Source: the human T2T-CHM13v2.0 reference genome, Homo sapiens
Direction: 5' to 3' (one strand)
Assembly: GCF_009914755.1 (NCBI RefSeq)
Contig: NC_060926.1
DNA length: 64,000 bases
Positions within the stretch are counted from its first letter, which is position 1. Each line of letters opens with the position of its first letter. A program made the position numbers and the translations under genes. This document shows, piece by piece, positions 28,336 to 41,540 of this stretch. The notes beneath the pieces were generated by a model. The model did not search any database. It worked only from the letters and a program-made list of their open reading frames with translations, and was not told where the DNA came from.

Positions 28336-28656
28336 AATACTGCTCAGCCATAAAAAGGAACTAATTAGTGGCATTTGCAGCAACCTGGGTGAGATTGGAG
28401 ACTATTATTCTAAGTGAAGTAACTCAGGAATGGAAAACCAAACATCATATGTGTTCACTGACATGGGGGAGCTAAGCTATGAGGACGCAAAGGCATAAGA
28501 ATGATACAATAGACTTTGGGGATTTGAAGGGCAGGATCGGGGGGTGGTGACTACAAACATGCTGCAGTGGGTGCACCAAAATCTCACAAATCACCACTAA
28601 AGAACTTACTCATCTAACCAAATACCACCTGTACCCCAATAACTTATGGAAAAAAG

Positions 28657-29060
28657 TATTATTGATATGCGAGGCTTTGTTCCTGTCATATTGTTAATTT
28701 TTTTCTAGTTGTTTTAAATATTATTTGTTTTTTTATTTTCGTCTTGTAGTTTGTCATTGTGGTTTGGTAGATTTCTGTAGTGGTACCATTTGAGTCTGTT
28801 CCCCTTTTCCTTTGTGTGATTGTGTTAGTAGTGATTTTTATACTTTTGCGTGTTTCATTATGGTAAATGTAGTTCTTTCTCTTCCAAGTTTAAGATTCCT
28901 CTGAGCATTTCCTGTGAGACTGGTATAGTGGTAACAAATTCCCTCAGCATTTGTTTGTTATTTCTGAAGGATAATTTTACTGGATATAATATTATTGAGT
29001 GTCAGTATTTTTTTTCAGCACTTTAAATATATCATTCACTCCCTTCTGGCCTGTAAGATT
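28657..29060 (-). mobile_element. Older L1M fragment (ORF1 end/inter-ORF), antisense
   Basis: tagtggtaacaaattccctcagcatttg...ttctgaaggataattttactggatata...cttctggcctgtaagatt. Confidence 0.7.
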
Positions 29061-29464
29061 ATAATTTTAATCTTCATTGTTCTCCAGTAACCTCAGTGTG
29101 CATTAACATCCATTTCAGACAACTGCAAAAGATAACAGAACCAATGAGTTTGCTATTTTAAACTCAGGTTACTATTGTCTTTTTAGTTTAGGCAAAAGTA
29201 TCACACATATAGCAGTGAAAGTTGCATAGATTATTAAATTTCTGAAATAAATATTTGAATAAATTTTTAGCAAATTCGTTAGCAACTGCTGAGAATCTAT
29301 TCAACAGCAACATGAGGGAATATCCTCCTTTTTGATCTTCCTTCTTTTTGTTTTATATGAAAGAGCTTTCAAAAGAAGTGAAGCTTCTGATTTCCTTCAA
29401 AGATAAATGGGTGGCTGGCTACACATATTTCATTAAGTCCAACTCAAAATGGAGAAATTACCGA

Positions 29465-30345
29465 AAAAGGATTTATATCTAAAATATATCAAGAACTCCT
29501 ATAAATCAATAAGGAAATGGTAAAAACCTCAACTTTTTAATTGTGCAAAAGACTTAAATAGGCTCATCACAAAAAAAAAGTATCCAAATTACCAATATTC
29601 GTGCGAAAGAGTACTTGACATTTTTACTCAGCAGGGAAATGGTGACTAAAACCACAATGAGATTACTATTCATCCACTAAAATGGCTAAAAATTTATAAA
29701 CTGACAATAACAAACATTTCTTAGTAGGAATGTGAATGGCAAAATCATTTTTGAAAAATGTTTGGCATTATCTACTAAATGTAAACACTGTCTCTCCTAC
29801 AACTCTGTACTTTTACTTCTACTTATACACCAAGATAATGAGTACATATAACCACCAAAAACATGTACAAGAAAGTTCATAATATATTTATTAATAAGAT
29901 TTCTAAACTTGAAACAACCCAATTAGTCCTTATCTGGAGAATGGTTAAAAAATTTGTAGTATACTTATTAAATGGAATACTATACAACACTAATAAACAG
30001 AAAAACATGACTATGCAAAAACATGAATAATCTTACAAATAAGTTAAGAAAAACAGTTACAAAAATACATTCTGAATAATAATATTTATACAAATTTTAA
30101 AACAGGCAAAAGTAATTGTTAATGGCAGAAGTAGGAAAATTTACCTCTGGGAAAATAGAGTATTGAGTGGTATGAAGCAATCTTATAAGGTGCTTCAAGT
30201 AATCTATTATTTTAATTTGAGTGATGTTTACTTGAATGTATACACATGTAAGAAATCATTGAGAAATACATTTAAGATTAGTACACCGTATGCATTTTAC
30301 TTCATGTATATTATTACTCAATTAATAAAATAAAATTTAAAAATT
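29465..30345 (+). mobile_element. L1MC/L1ME 3' end
   Basis: aaggatttatatctaaaatatatcaagaactcc, aaaaccacaatgagattact, aaatggaatactatacaac. Confidence 0.75.
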
Positions 30346-30679
30346 AAATCTGAACTGAAATCACGTTTTGTTCATTGCCTAGGAAATATTTTCCTAAAAC
30401 TGAGTGACGAGTGCTTGGAAATACTGAACTGGACATTTGCAAACTGCTAAGATAGTCTCATGTTCACTTCACTCATTGAATAATCAAAGAACCAGCAGTT
30501 ATTCTCTCAGATTCCTCTGAATATATTGGAGGACAAAAAAATCCACCAGAAACGAAGTCCCAGAGTATAATTAAAGAATAATAATCCACTACAATTATTT
30601 TAACACCAAAATTTTCCATATTCAGAGATACATTGCATGAAGTGCCTAGAATAATAACTATTCGGTAATAGAAATTAAA

Positions 30680-31170
30680 ATGTTTACCACTGATAGAGCA
30701 CTCTCTATGTGTCAGTCACTATGTTAAATGTTTTGCATACTTATTTGCTTTCTATAAACCCTGTGAGCTAGGGATTCTCAGCCTCATTTTATAGAATAAA
30801 AAACTAAGGCTCATAGCTACGTTAAAATCTGCCTATCGTGGCTGAGCACAGTGGCTCATGCCTATAATCCCAGCATTTTGGGAGGCTGAGGTAGGATGAT
30901 TGCTTGAGCCCAGGAGTTCAGAACCAGCCTGGGCAGCATAGTGAGACCAGTCTCTTAAAAAAAAAAAATTAAAAATTAGCCTAGTATGGTGGCACACACC
31001 TATAGTTTCAGCTACTTGAGAACCTGAGGTGAGAAGATGACTTGAGCCTGAGTGACAGAGTAAGGCCCTTTCTCTAAAAACTAAATTAAATCAATCAATC
31101 AATCAATCTGCCTACTATGCCAGCCAGTTAGTGGTAGAAAGAGGACATTAACCCTGATTTTCTCAACACC
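30680..31170 (-). mobile_element. MIR interrupted by an Alu
   Basis: cctcattttatagaataaaaaactaaggctcatag before and agttagtggtagaaagagg after the Alu. Confidence 0.6.
30840..31105 (+). mobile_element. AluJ-type with internal right-arm deletion
   Basis: gattgcttgagcccaggag; right arm jumps to gagcctgagtgacagag; TSD aatctgccta on both sides. Confidence 0.9.
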
Positions 31171-31621
31171 AATTACCTCCTCTTGAATACTGCCTTTAAA
31201 CCTGCCTCTGACTTATTTTGGGTTCTGTTTAGAATTTAACAACAGAAGGAGAGTAGAAACTTTCTGAATCTACTTTGTTAAAAAGAAAAATACCACAGTT
31301 GCTGGACAGTAAGAGAATCACTCATTTAATGGAAATTTTGAAAACACTCCATATTTTTATCCACGTTTAATTGTCGCTTTCTCAGGGAAGCTTTATTTGA
31401 TACCAAATCTAAGCCCAACTCATGTTATGATTTCTATTTTATACTCTGATTGTATCCTGTATTTTTGTGTAGTATTTTCAGTAAGAATTAAATTTAAAAA
31501 TACGGTTGATTTAATGTCAGTCTTTCTGATAGGAAACTTCTTTTTCTTGTTCTCATAGTATTTCCACACTCCAGTAAAATTCCTGGATCACTATAGCTCC
31601 TTGGTTTATATTTTTGAATTA

Positions 31622-32385
31622 ATGACTCACTTAAAATGCCATCAGCTGCAAGAAAGAAAAAAATCTGAAGGAAATTGATTAAACCCATATGAGAATGAGT
31701 AATTTGATAGAATAAGAAACCCAGGTTGAGTACCTCTAATTCAAATATCGGAAATCCAGGATGCTCTAAAATCAGAAACTTTTTGAGCCCTGGCAAGATG
31801 CCACAGGAGGAAAATTCTACACTTCACCTCATTTGATTGGTCACAATCAAGATGTAGTCAAAACTTTTTTTTGTACACAAAATTCTTTAAAATATTTTAT
31901 AAAATTACCTTCAGGCTAATGTATATAAGGTGTATATGAAACATAAATTTAGTATTTAGGCTTGGGCCCTGTCCTCAAGATATCTCAACATGTATATGCA
32001 GATATTCCAAAATCTGAAAAAAAAATTGAAATCTGAAACACTTCTGGTCCCAAGCATTTCAAATAAAGGATAATGAGTCTGTATAAGGCCCCTTCAGACA
32101 CTGTGTGTTGGGACTTCCACCTCCCTTCCTACGGTTATCTTGTTCTTTCTTCCATTGTTGGTTTTTAGCTTCAGGCTTGTAGTAATGTAGTTATAGTTAT
32201 TTCAGAGATGACAATGTCCAGAGGCAGAAAAGTGCTATCTCTTCAACGTTTATCTCTTAGGATTAAGAAATATTTCCCCAAAGCTCTTAGTGGTTTTTTT
32301 CTCATGTCTCATTGGCTAGAACTGGAACATGTGCCCACATATAAATAAATCTGTGGTAGAAGTAATAGACCTATCATTGACTTTG
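31622..32385 (-). mobile_element. Ancient MLT1 (J/K/L-like) LTR interrupted by Tigger4
   Basis: cagctgcaagaaagaaaa start; tctcatgtctcattggctagaactgg motif. Confidence 0.5.
31722..32081 (-). mobile_element. Tigger4b (MER46-type) TcMar DNA transposon
   Basis: caggttgagta terminus and aaacacttctggtcccaagcatttc...aagga terminus. Confidence 0.85.
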
Positions 32386-33055
32386 GTAAGTTGGATTTTG
32401 ATCAATCATTTTTAAACACTGATTTAATTTTAAATAAATGATTTTGAGAAATCATTTTTGGCTTTGATAGATCAGATTTTGCTCCTGATAGAAAAATGGC
32501 CACCAATTCTGGTAAAGGAGGAGTAGTGGTATGAATGGGTCAGGGGAACTTGATATGTGTTGTCCATTCATGCCCTGCATGACTGGTGGGAGTTTTTAGA
32601 ATTTTAACTTAAGTGGAGCAGAGCTAAAGTAAAGTTGGAAAAGCCCTAGGGGAGAGTTCTGTGGATCTAGATCACAAATAAAAAATTTAACAGAAGGTTT
32701 TAGGGGTTTACGAAACAGTATTTCATTTTATATGGAGTTCAAATAAACTAAGGTTTGATGATTCTAAACTCTCTTTTAGAAAAACTTCAGAGACCACAGT
32801 GTAGCAATTATTGTCACAAGTAATTAGCAAAAAACAATGGGAAAGCCCACTGATCCACTCTTGAGAATTATTTTAAGTGTGGTTAGTGAGGAAGTGCCCT
32901 ACAGAAAGGGCTTTAGATAATTGAGTTAAAAATCCACTCTGTGATCTATTTCCTCTAGTAAACTAGACCCTTATTCTAGAGTGGGATAAATAAGTGGGCC
33001 CCACAACTGTTGTGTGCTGATCATGGAGGGAAGCTATTGTTGTGGCATATGGAGA

Positions 33056-33445
33056 TGATATGGGCTGAATCATGCCCCCAACCCCTGCCAAGATTCATAT
33101 CTTGAAATCCCAACCCCCAGTATCTCAGAATGTGACTGTATTTAGAGATAAGGTCTTTAAAATTACTTAAATTAAGATGCGGTCATTTGAGTGAGCCCTA
33201 ATCTAATCTGACTGATATCCTTATATGAAGAGGAAATTAAGCTACAGATAAACTCAGAGGAAAGACCATGAGAAGCCACAGGGATATGACTATCTGTAAG
33301 CCAAGGAGAGAGGCCTTCAGGCTTCAACCCCGCCAACACCTTGATCTTAGGTCTGTAGCCTCCAGAATTGTGACAAAATACATTTCTGTTTTTAAGCCAC
33401 CCAATTGGTGGCATTTTGCTATGGCAGCCAGAACAAACTAATACA
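33056..33445 (+). mobile_element. MaLR solo LTR, MLT1B-type
   Basis: tgatatgggctgaat...ctcagaatgtgactgtatttagagataaggtcttt...caaactaataca. Confidence 0.87.
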
Positions 33446-33789
33446 AATCTGCAGGATTCAATGGCAATTTCAAGGGGGAGAAATGTTGCACTTCTTAAAT
33501 GACACTACTCAAAACTTCTAGATTGTGGTAACCCATCAATGAGAGACAATGTAATGTAGTGTGATAGACTACTGAAGGCTCCATGGACCACGGACAATTA
33601 ATGTTTGGGCATAATTGGGCTAGTTAGGTGGAAAGTACTGGCTCTTCAGACTATATTACGTGAGAGGCCATAGGTTACATGAACTTTATTCCCTAAATTC
33701 ACTTGAGGCAGCCACAGGGGAGGAAAGTCAATTACTGGATAGGGAGGTAGGGATAATAAAAAGTCTTTTAACTATAATGTCTCTACCAA

Positions 33790-33975
33790 ATCATTCATTC
33801 ATTTATCAAAAAGATATTAATTATAACTACTATATGCTGGGTGCCATGTGGGATATGGAGACTATAATAGTAAAAAAATGAGTATGTTTTTTTTTCAGGA
33901 TATACACTCTAGTAGAAATACAGACAAGTAAGTAGATAATGTAACAATGTTATATGTACTTCATGGGGCACTTAT
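33790..33975 (-). mobile_element. L2 3' end
   Basis: tcattcattcatttatcaaaaagatatt...actactatatgctgggtgccatgtgg. Confidence 0.7.
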
Positions 33976-35215
33976 CTCAGTACTTTTTTTTTTTTTTTTT
34001 TTTTTTTTGTAGAGAAGAGAATGTAGCTAACTGACCGTAATGGCTTAGGTTCCAAGTTGGTGTTTTGATTTGGGTTTGGCAGCTTCTGTAAGGGCTGCAA
34101 TGGTTGAAATCTTGCCTCTTTTCCTGCCAGTGCTTCCTTAAAGATAAGACAGGACTTAATGACAAGATCGGGTATTACCATGGGTTAGAAGTAATACCCA
34201 GTCCTCACGGTTCCACAGAGAGTCAGGGAAAGGTGTGTCATTAGGTAGCAGAAGGAATTCTGGGCATTTGGCATTCAGCAGTCAGCAGGATACAAACTAG
34301 GTGACAGGTGAATGCCCCATTGGCTGGTCAGGGGCTGCCACTAGGGCAGTCTGACTACAGGTATTAGGCATAAGCAAGCATTTAGCTTCAAAGTGCAATA
34401 TTAGAGACTTTGTTTGAGAATACCGATTACAGGGGTTGAAGGCAAAGTTCAAAAGAAATGGGAGAGAAATGGTATTGGCAAGTGACTTAACACAGTGACT
34501 TAGGGTTGACAGTCAGGAGGTTTGAAAGTAAATTAGTACAAGTGTTTGCATATGTTGATTGATATCCCAGTCTCCTATGGAGATTGTCAGCGTACTTGTA
34601 CCTGGACCTCATCCCCAGAGATTTTCATTCAGCTATTTTATGGCTAAACCTGGACATTTATTTCCTTAAATAACTCAGCATGGGATTATGATGTGCACCA
34701 AAGATTTTAAATTGCCGGATTACAATAACAGAGGGCAAAAAGCAAGCAGGCATGTGCATGTGTGTAGATGTGTGTGTGTGTTGGGGGAGGAAGAAGATGA
34801 GCAGCAGGAAGATCTTTGTTGGGTAGAATAACCTCAATAGAGGCTTCTCTGCTGAAGAGGGGAATACGTTTTGTGTGATCAAGGGAAACTAGAGAGGATG
34901 TCAAACTGTGCTAAATATCTGCATGTAGAAAAGTTGGCTGCAGGGTTTCTTAGGGAAGTCAAAGGAAATACTAATTGTATCTCCATAGCAACAGGCTGCC
35001 CAGTTCTGCCTCTGCCTCTCCGCTTTCTTACACTTGTCCTGAACATTCAAGTCTTATATATCCCCTGTATAAACAGGCATAAGCCTCATCGTAAAATAAT
35101 AACTATGCTTTCCTTTCTATTATCTAGTATTGAAATCTATGTAGAGTGCCTTTTAGGTTTAAAATCCAAATCTGTTCTCTAAACAAGAGCTAACTGATCA
35201 GGCACATTAAATCTA

Positions 35216-35534
<319 letters not shown>

Positions 35535-36538
35535 TTACAAAAATCCCCTTGCCCCTGAGTGTTAATGATGTTATAGGGTGCAGTAGGCTATAAATATCCT
35601 CCCCAACCCATGCAAAAACAAAAAAGATATGTTTACTTTGTAATCCCTAGAACCTGTGAATATTTCCTTACTGGCTAAAGTATTAAAGTATACTTTATAT
35701 TAAAGTATAAAATATTACCTTATACGAATAAAGATGTGATTACATTAAGGATCTTGAGAGGACAATCTCATTCTGGGTTATACCCAGGTGGGCCCTAAAT
35801 GGCATCGCAAAAGTCCTTATGGGAGAGAGGCAAAGGCAAATCAGATAGACACACAAAAGAAGGGGAGGTGCTATGGCCACAGAGGCGGAGATTGGAGTGA
35901 TGTAGCTTCAAGCCAAAGAATGCCAACAGCTACCAAAAGCTGGAAGAGACAAAGAATGGATTCTCCTCTCGAGCCTCATAGGGAATGTGGTCCTGGTAAT
36001 ACCTTGATCTTGCACTTCTAACCTCCAGAACTGTGAGATACTCAATTCCTGTAGTCATAAGCCACCCAGTTGGAGGTAAACTAATACAGATCTTGGTACC
36101 AGGAAGTGGGGTGCTGTGGTAACAATACCTAAACATTTTAAAGCGGCTTTAGAATTGGACAATGGGTAAAGTCTGGAAGAATTATGAGGTGCTTGACAGA
36201 AAAATTCTAAATTGCTTTGAGCAGATTGTTAAAGGAAATATAGAACTAAAAGACACTGCTAATGAGTGCTCAGAGGGAAGAAGCAGCACAGTAGAGAAAG
36301 CTTCTATTTTCTAAGCAAATATATATATTTTCATGAACAGAATATTGATAGAAATATGAATGTTAAAGGTACGGTTGGCAAGAACTCAAAAGGAAATGAG
36401 GAACATGTTATTGGAAATAGAAGAAGAGGTGGCTCTTGTTACATAGTGGCAGAAAATTTCACCAAACTGCATCCTACAGTTATATGAAAAGCAGAACCTG
36501 TAAGTGATAAACTTGGACATTTAGCTGAGGAGATATCC

Positions 36539-37024
36539 ATGCAAAGTATTGCAGGTGTGCCCTGGGTTTTTCTTGCTGCATATAGTAAAATGAGAGAGGA
36601 AAGAGATAAATTGAGGAAAGAACAGTTAAGCAAAAATGAATCAGATATTGACATGAGAAATTATCAGCCTTTACAGGTTGAAAACAATGCCAAAATTAGA
36701 AGATTCACTTTTAGGAAAGCACGCTCTGGAGAGAAAGCCAAGGGTGTAGTTGGACACCTTTTAACTAAAGAGATTAGGCGTGTGACTCATGGATCCACTC
36801 AGTCGTCTCAGTGGAAGCCAAGAATCAAGATGAGATTATCCGGGGACGATTTGTGGAGAGTGTTGTTGTCTCATGTTGTGTATTCCTGTGAAATTCACGG
36901 AAGACCCACAGGTTTTCAAGAATATTATATTAGCAGAAACATTGTTAGTTCGATTGAGAAAGACAAAGACAACATGAAGAAATACTGTTGGACTCCAAAA
37001 TACTACATGCAAAAAACATGCTGA
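36539..37024 (+). pseudogene. Remnant of the MaLR internal ORF (161 codons open)
   Basis: FLAAYSKMREERDKLRKE resembles the recalled MLT1-int ORF; lies between the two LTRs. Confidence 0.55.
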
Positions 37025-37368
37025 TAAAACTAATTAGCTAAAAATATGTGCTACCCTCCAAGAAAAAGAATGACTCTGAGAGTAGACATTAATGCAGAGG
37101 CATACACAGTTGTGAGTCACAGAGGATTCTCATGCCTTGAAACCTGATGGAATTTGTCCTGCTCAATTTTCAACTTACCTGGAACCCGTTACCATTTTAT
37201 TCTTTCCATTTTCTCCTTTCTGAAATGAAAATGTCTATAACTGTCTCTCCCACCATTACATTTTGAAAGAAGATAACTTATTTTCTAATTTCCTAGGCAG
37301 ACAGAAAGAATTTTGCCCCAGAATAAATCATATCCAGACCCTCACCCATACCTGATTTAGATGATGAT

Positions 37369-37727
37369 TGCCTTAGTCCATTCAGACTGCTGTAACAAAT
37401 TACCAAAAAACTGGATGGCTTAAAAGCAACAGGAATTTTTTTTCTTACAGTTCTAGAAGCTAGAAGGTTTAAGACTGAGGTGGCAGCAGATTTGGAGTCT
37501 GGTGAGGGCTTAGTTTCTGATTCACAGGTGGTGCCTTCTTGCTGCATCCTCACATGATGGAAGGAGGCAAAGCAGTTTTCTGGGGCCTCTTTTATAATCC
37601 CTTTCAGGAGGACAGGGCCCTCCTAACCTAATCACCTCCCAAAGGCCTCACCTTCTAATACCATCACCTTGGTGATTAGAATTTAACATATGAATTTAGG
37701 GAAGACACAAACATTCAGACCATAGCA
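37369..37727 (-). mobile_element. MLT1A0-type solo LTR nested in the MLT1 internal region
   Basis: tgccttagtccattc...acacaaacattcagaccatagca; perfect 5-bp TSD atgat at 37364-37368 and 37728-37732. Confidence 0.9.
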
Positions 37728-38412
37728 ATGATATTTGGGACTTTTGAACTGATGATATTTAGATGAGATTTTTGGACTTGAATAGATGCTTAAATCTATT
37801 GAGAATTTTTACAATGTTGGAATTAGGTGGATATATTTCACATGTGGGACAGATGTGAATCTTTTGGGCCAAAGGTCACAGATGCGGTAAGCTTAAAAAA
37901 TGGCAAAAGGGCATTATATTTTATGGCAAAAGATGTGACAAAGTTAAGAATCTTGAGAGGAGGAGCTTATCCTGGATTATTCAAGTGAATCCTCAATGCT
38001 ACCACAAGTGTCCCCATGAGAGAGGCAGAGGGAGACCAGATACAGACACTCAGAAGAAGAGGAGGTGATATGATTACAGAGGCTGAGATTGGAGTGATGT
38101 AGCTATAAGTCAGGACATGCCAACAGCTACCAGAAGCTGGAAGAGGCAAAGAATGGCTTCTCCCCTAGAGCATCAGCAGAAAATGCTTCCCTGCCTACAC
38201 CTTGATTTTGGCCTTCAGAACCATGAAAGAATAAATCCCTGTAGTTTTAAACCACCCAGTATGGTAATTTCTTACAGCAGCCCAAGGAAACTTGTACACC
38301 AGGTAAGTAATAAAGAAATTAATTAATTTTTTATTGGAATGTGGAAAACACATATATAAGAAGAAGAGACTCATGCTCTCAACACATTTCCTCCCTCTAG
38401 CAAACTTCCTTT

Positions 38413-38991
38413 AGTTACAGGACCATCAGGTTTGCATGCCCACTGCACAGTAACATACCAACACACTGAGACAGCAGGACTTGCAGCAAAGAAAGCATTT
38501 AATGATCACAGGGTAGCTGAACAAGGAGATGAGAGGGACCCTCAGATGCATCTCCCTTAGGAGTTTTTAAGAGGATCATGGAGGGCAAAGGGCTGGAAAA
38601 CTGGGATCATTTATCAGTCAGGGTAAGGGGATGAACTCGTCAGGATGTGGAAACCGTATTATTCAGTGAGTCAGTATGTCATGGGGTCCTTCAGACCAGC
38701 TGACATCAGTGATTTCATCAGTAGGCAGGGCCTGAAAGAATCTCTCAAATGGAAAATTTAATGTTTCACAATGCTTAAGATGTTATCTACAGAGCAGTTA
38801 AGGGGAACTATAATCCTAGGACAGGGTCTAATGTGATTCTGAGGTAATAGGCAGCAAATGACTATGAGGAAGTGGGTCAGAGAGCAGCTGACCTAATGAT
38901 TAATGCTAAGTGTGCTGTAAGCTTGGTTTATTTTTTTCTCCCCCTCTCTTCTTCCCTGATTAATTTTATAAACTTTATAGGGATGGTTTCA
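38413..38991 (-). mobile_element. ERV1-class (MER4-group) solo LTR, subfamily uncertain
   Basis: Minus strand starts tgaaaccatccctataaagtttataaaattaatcagggaagaag; 4-bp TSD cttt. Confidence 0.75.
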
Positions 38992-40464
38992 CTTTCCTGA
39001 TATTCTGGTAAGTGGAAACTGATGAGTACATTACCACTGGGTATTGGTCATAGGAAGAAAAACAATTGCCTACAAACTACTATAATATACTCCTGAATAT
39101 CATATTTTTATTTTCTGTTCCCAGGCAATGATATCAAGGGAGAATCTGCAGACATACCTTTATTAAGTTAAAATTTAATACCATGCTCCTGGATTTTAGA
39201 AAGAACAAAAGTGGGATACAGCCATACCTGAACTATTTCCAAGATTTCTAGCTATTTCTCCTTGATAAAGGCATTTTCCCTTTATGAGTATCTACTTCCT
39301 CATATTAAAATGAGGATGGTGGACTAGTCTCATGGGGTGGCTGGAAGATGTATGTTAGGACAAAGGTGTCACACAACAGGCAGTAAAAAATTATCATTGC
39401 CCCATCATCAACTGGAGGAGCTCATAGCTCATCTGCTTTTTCTTTGACTTCCAGGAGGCTCAGAGATAAATGTAATCTTTATCATAGTGGCTCATCAGGC
39501 TGAGTGATTAGCATATGGTGGTTTCTTTTTAATTCATATATTTAATTTATGTTAATTTTATCAACATTATTGTATATTTTTCTCATTATAAACTGCTTTC
39601 TGGAGACAGGTTAGATAGGCATAGTTAATAAGTGGTCAACTATGTTTGTTTATATTGTCTACGAAGATAATTGTCTTATATGGCCTATCCTGTGTTTGTT
39701 TTGGTGGAAAGTGATGGGGGCTCAAAAAAGTTAGCAGGCAGAAGTGTCTGGCTCCTTTAAACAACCAGTTTGTCTTGCGTCCAGGAAAATTATTTCCACC
39801 TTGGGAAAGAACATCCTTTAAAATGAACCTACTTAGAAAGGAAGCAAGGCCAAGCCCTCTCTATAAAGAAAAAACTTTGCCAAGGAACTACAGAGCTCCT
39901 TGAGGGCATGCAACACCCAGAATAAGTAACAGAAATGTGTGAGAGGCCTAAGTCAAGTCTGCATGCTACATATCAGCTAGCTGAGTAGAAATTGACATTA
40001 AAACTTCAGAAATTGCATGGAAGAGCCAGATGGGAGAACAGTACGCTATATATTCAAAATAGGATTTAAAGTAGTTTATCAAATGTGTTTACAATACCCC
40101 CAAACCAATGCTTATTTAAACTGGCCATATGTTGTAGTTTGTGCATATAAATTCAAATTAACTTAAAGAAACTGTGTTACGTCTCTCAAGTACGCACATT
40201 TGAGGTAAGCCTGCAGATTTGGTAAGAGCACCATGCTAAGCAATCAATGTGGACCACAACATTGATTGCAACAGGTAATACGGCCGCATAATTTTTAAAT
40301 ACAATTTTCTAAGAAGTACAATTTTTAGATATCAGTACTTAATAGGCAAAATGATCCAAGCACAATTATTTTTATAGTTTTATCACCTGACCATCACTGA
40401 GGAGATGGCTTCAATGCATCAGTGACTTGTTTTTTTTTTTTTCGTGACAGAGACAGAACTCTGG

Positions 40465-40630
40465 TACCTCTTCCTCTTATAAGAATACCAATCCTATTGG
40501 ATTAGGGCCTCACCTTTATGCATTATTTAGCCTTAATTACCTTTTTAAATATGCTATATCTTCAAAAATAGTCACTCTGGGGGTTACGGCTTCCACATAT
40601 GAATTTAGAGGGAACAAAATTTGGCCTGTT
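40465..40630 (-). mobile_element. MLT1A/B LTR 5' fragment
   Basis: ctcttataagaataccaatcctattggattagggcc...catatgaatttagagggaacaaaatt. Confidence 0.75.
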
Positions 40631-40844
40631 TGGGAACACAATTTGGACTCGTCCAAGGGGAGAGTCTAGTGCTTGGAGAAACTAAAGTCCTGAAAGGTGT
40701 TGCCCTGCAGTGTCGATCCTATTGGTGGCTGACACCCACATGCAAGTGACATTACATCAAGCTTCTATTGCTTGAAGATCTCTTCAGCCTCTGAAGTCAA
40801 CCATCATCCCTTCCAGTAGGTAGTACACTCACTGGCATTTTTGC

Positions 40845-41146
<302 letters not shown>

Positions 41147-41224
41147 ATTTTGGCATGAGTGTTTATCTATGCTCTGGGAAGAAATATTTGCAGGTAAAAA
41201 CTGGTTGCCACTAAACTCTTAAGT

Positions 41225-41444
41225 CGAGCTTGTCCAACCTGCAGCCCATGGGCCACATGCAGCCCAGGAAGGCTTTGAACATGGCCCAACACAAATTTGT
41301 AAACCTTCTTAAAACATTATGAGATTTTTTGGCAATTTTATTTCAGCTCATGAGTTATCATTAGTGTTAGTGTATATTATGTGTGTCCCAAGACAATTCT
41401 TCTTCCGATATGGCTCAGGAAAGCCAAAAGATTGGACACTCCTG
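41225..41444. mobile_element. MER30 hAT-Charlie MITE
   Basis: gcttgtccaacctgcagccc...ggcccaacacaaatttgtaaac...gccaaaagattggacactcctg. Confidence 0.88.
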
Positions 41445-41450
41445 CTCTAA

Positions 41451-41540
41451 ATCTTGTGTCTTGTTCACTGTTGTATCCCCAGCCTCACCTAGTGGCGGGC
41501 ATATTGTCAGTCCTCGTCAAGGATTTATGAAGTGAATGAT
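41451..41540 (+). mobile_element. L2 3' terminus
   Basis: tgtcttgttcactgttgtatccccagc...gaagtgaatga. Confidence 0.65.

Larger units (their letters stand above)
24796..28475 (+). pseudogene. Disrupted L1 ORF2 (endonuclease/reverse transcriptase)
   Basis: ORF-track fragments HISIVTLNVNGLN...CCLQETHL (EN), [21 protein letters not shown] and [10 protein letters not shown] (RT), [20 protein letters not shown]; many stops and frameshifts. Confidence 0.93.
24290..28655 (+). mobile_element. LINE-1, L1PB-type (L1PB1-like 3' end), with internal deletions
   Basis: 5' UTR piece joined to ORF1 C-terminus, ORF2 remnants, 3' UTR gctaagctatgaggacgcaaaggcataagaatgatacaat...gtaccccaataacttatggaaaaaa. Confidence 0.9.
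35579..38298 (+). mobile_element. Two-LTR MaLR element (MLT1C/D-type): 5' LTR 35579-36088, internal region, 3' LTR 37883-38298
   Basis: Both LTRs share gagattggagtgatgtagct and atgccaacagctacca.aagctggaagag.caaagaatgg; internal starts gatcttggtaccaggaagtggggtgctg. Confidence 0.85.

Noticed and set aside
33984-34430. Orphan T25 tract as the tail of a processed pseudogene
   Set aside because: No TSD or recognisable coding homology in the adjacent sequence; more likely a simple expansion.
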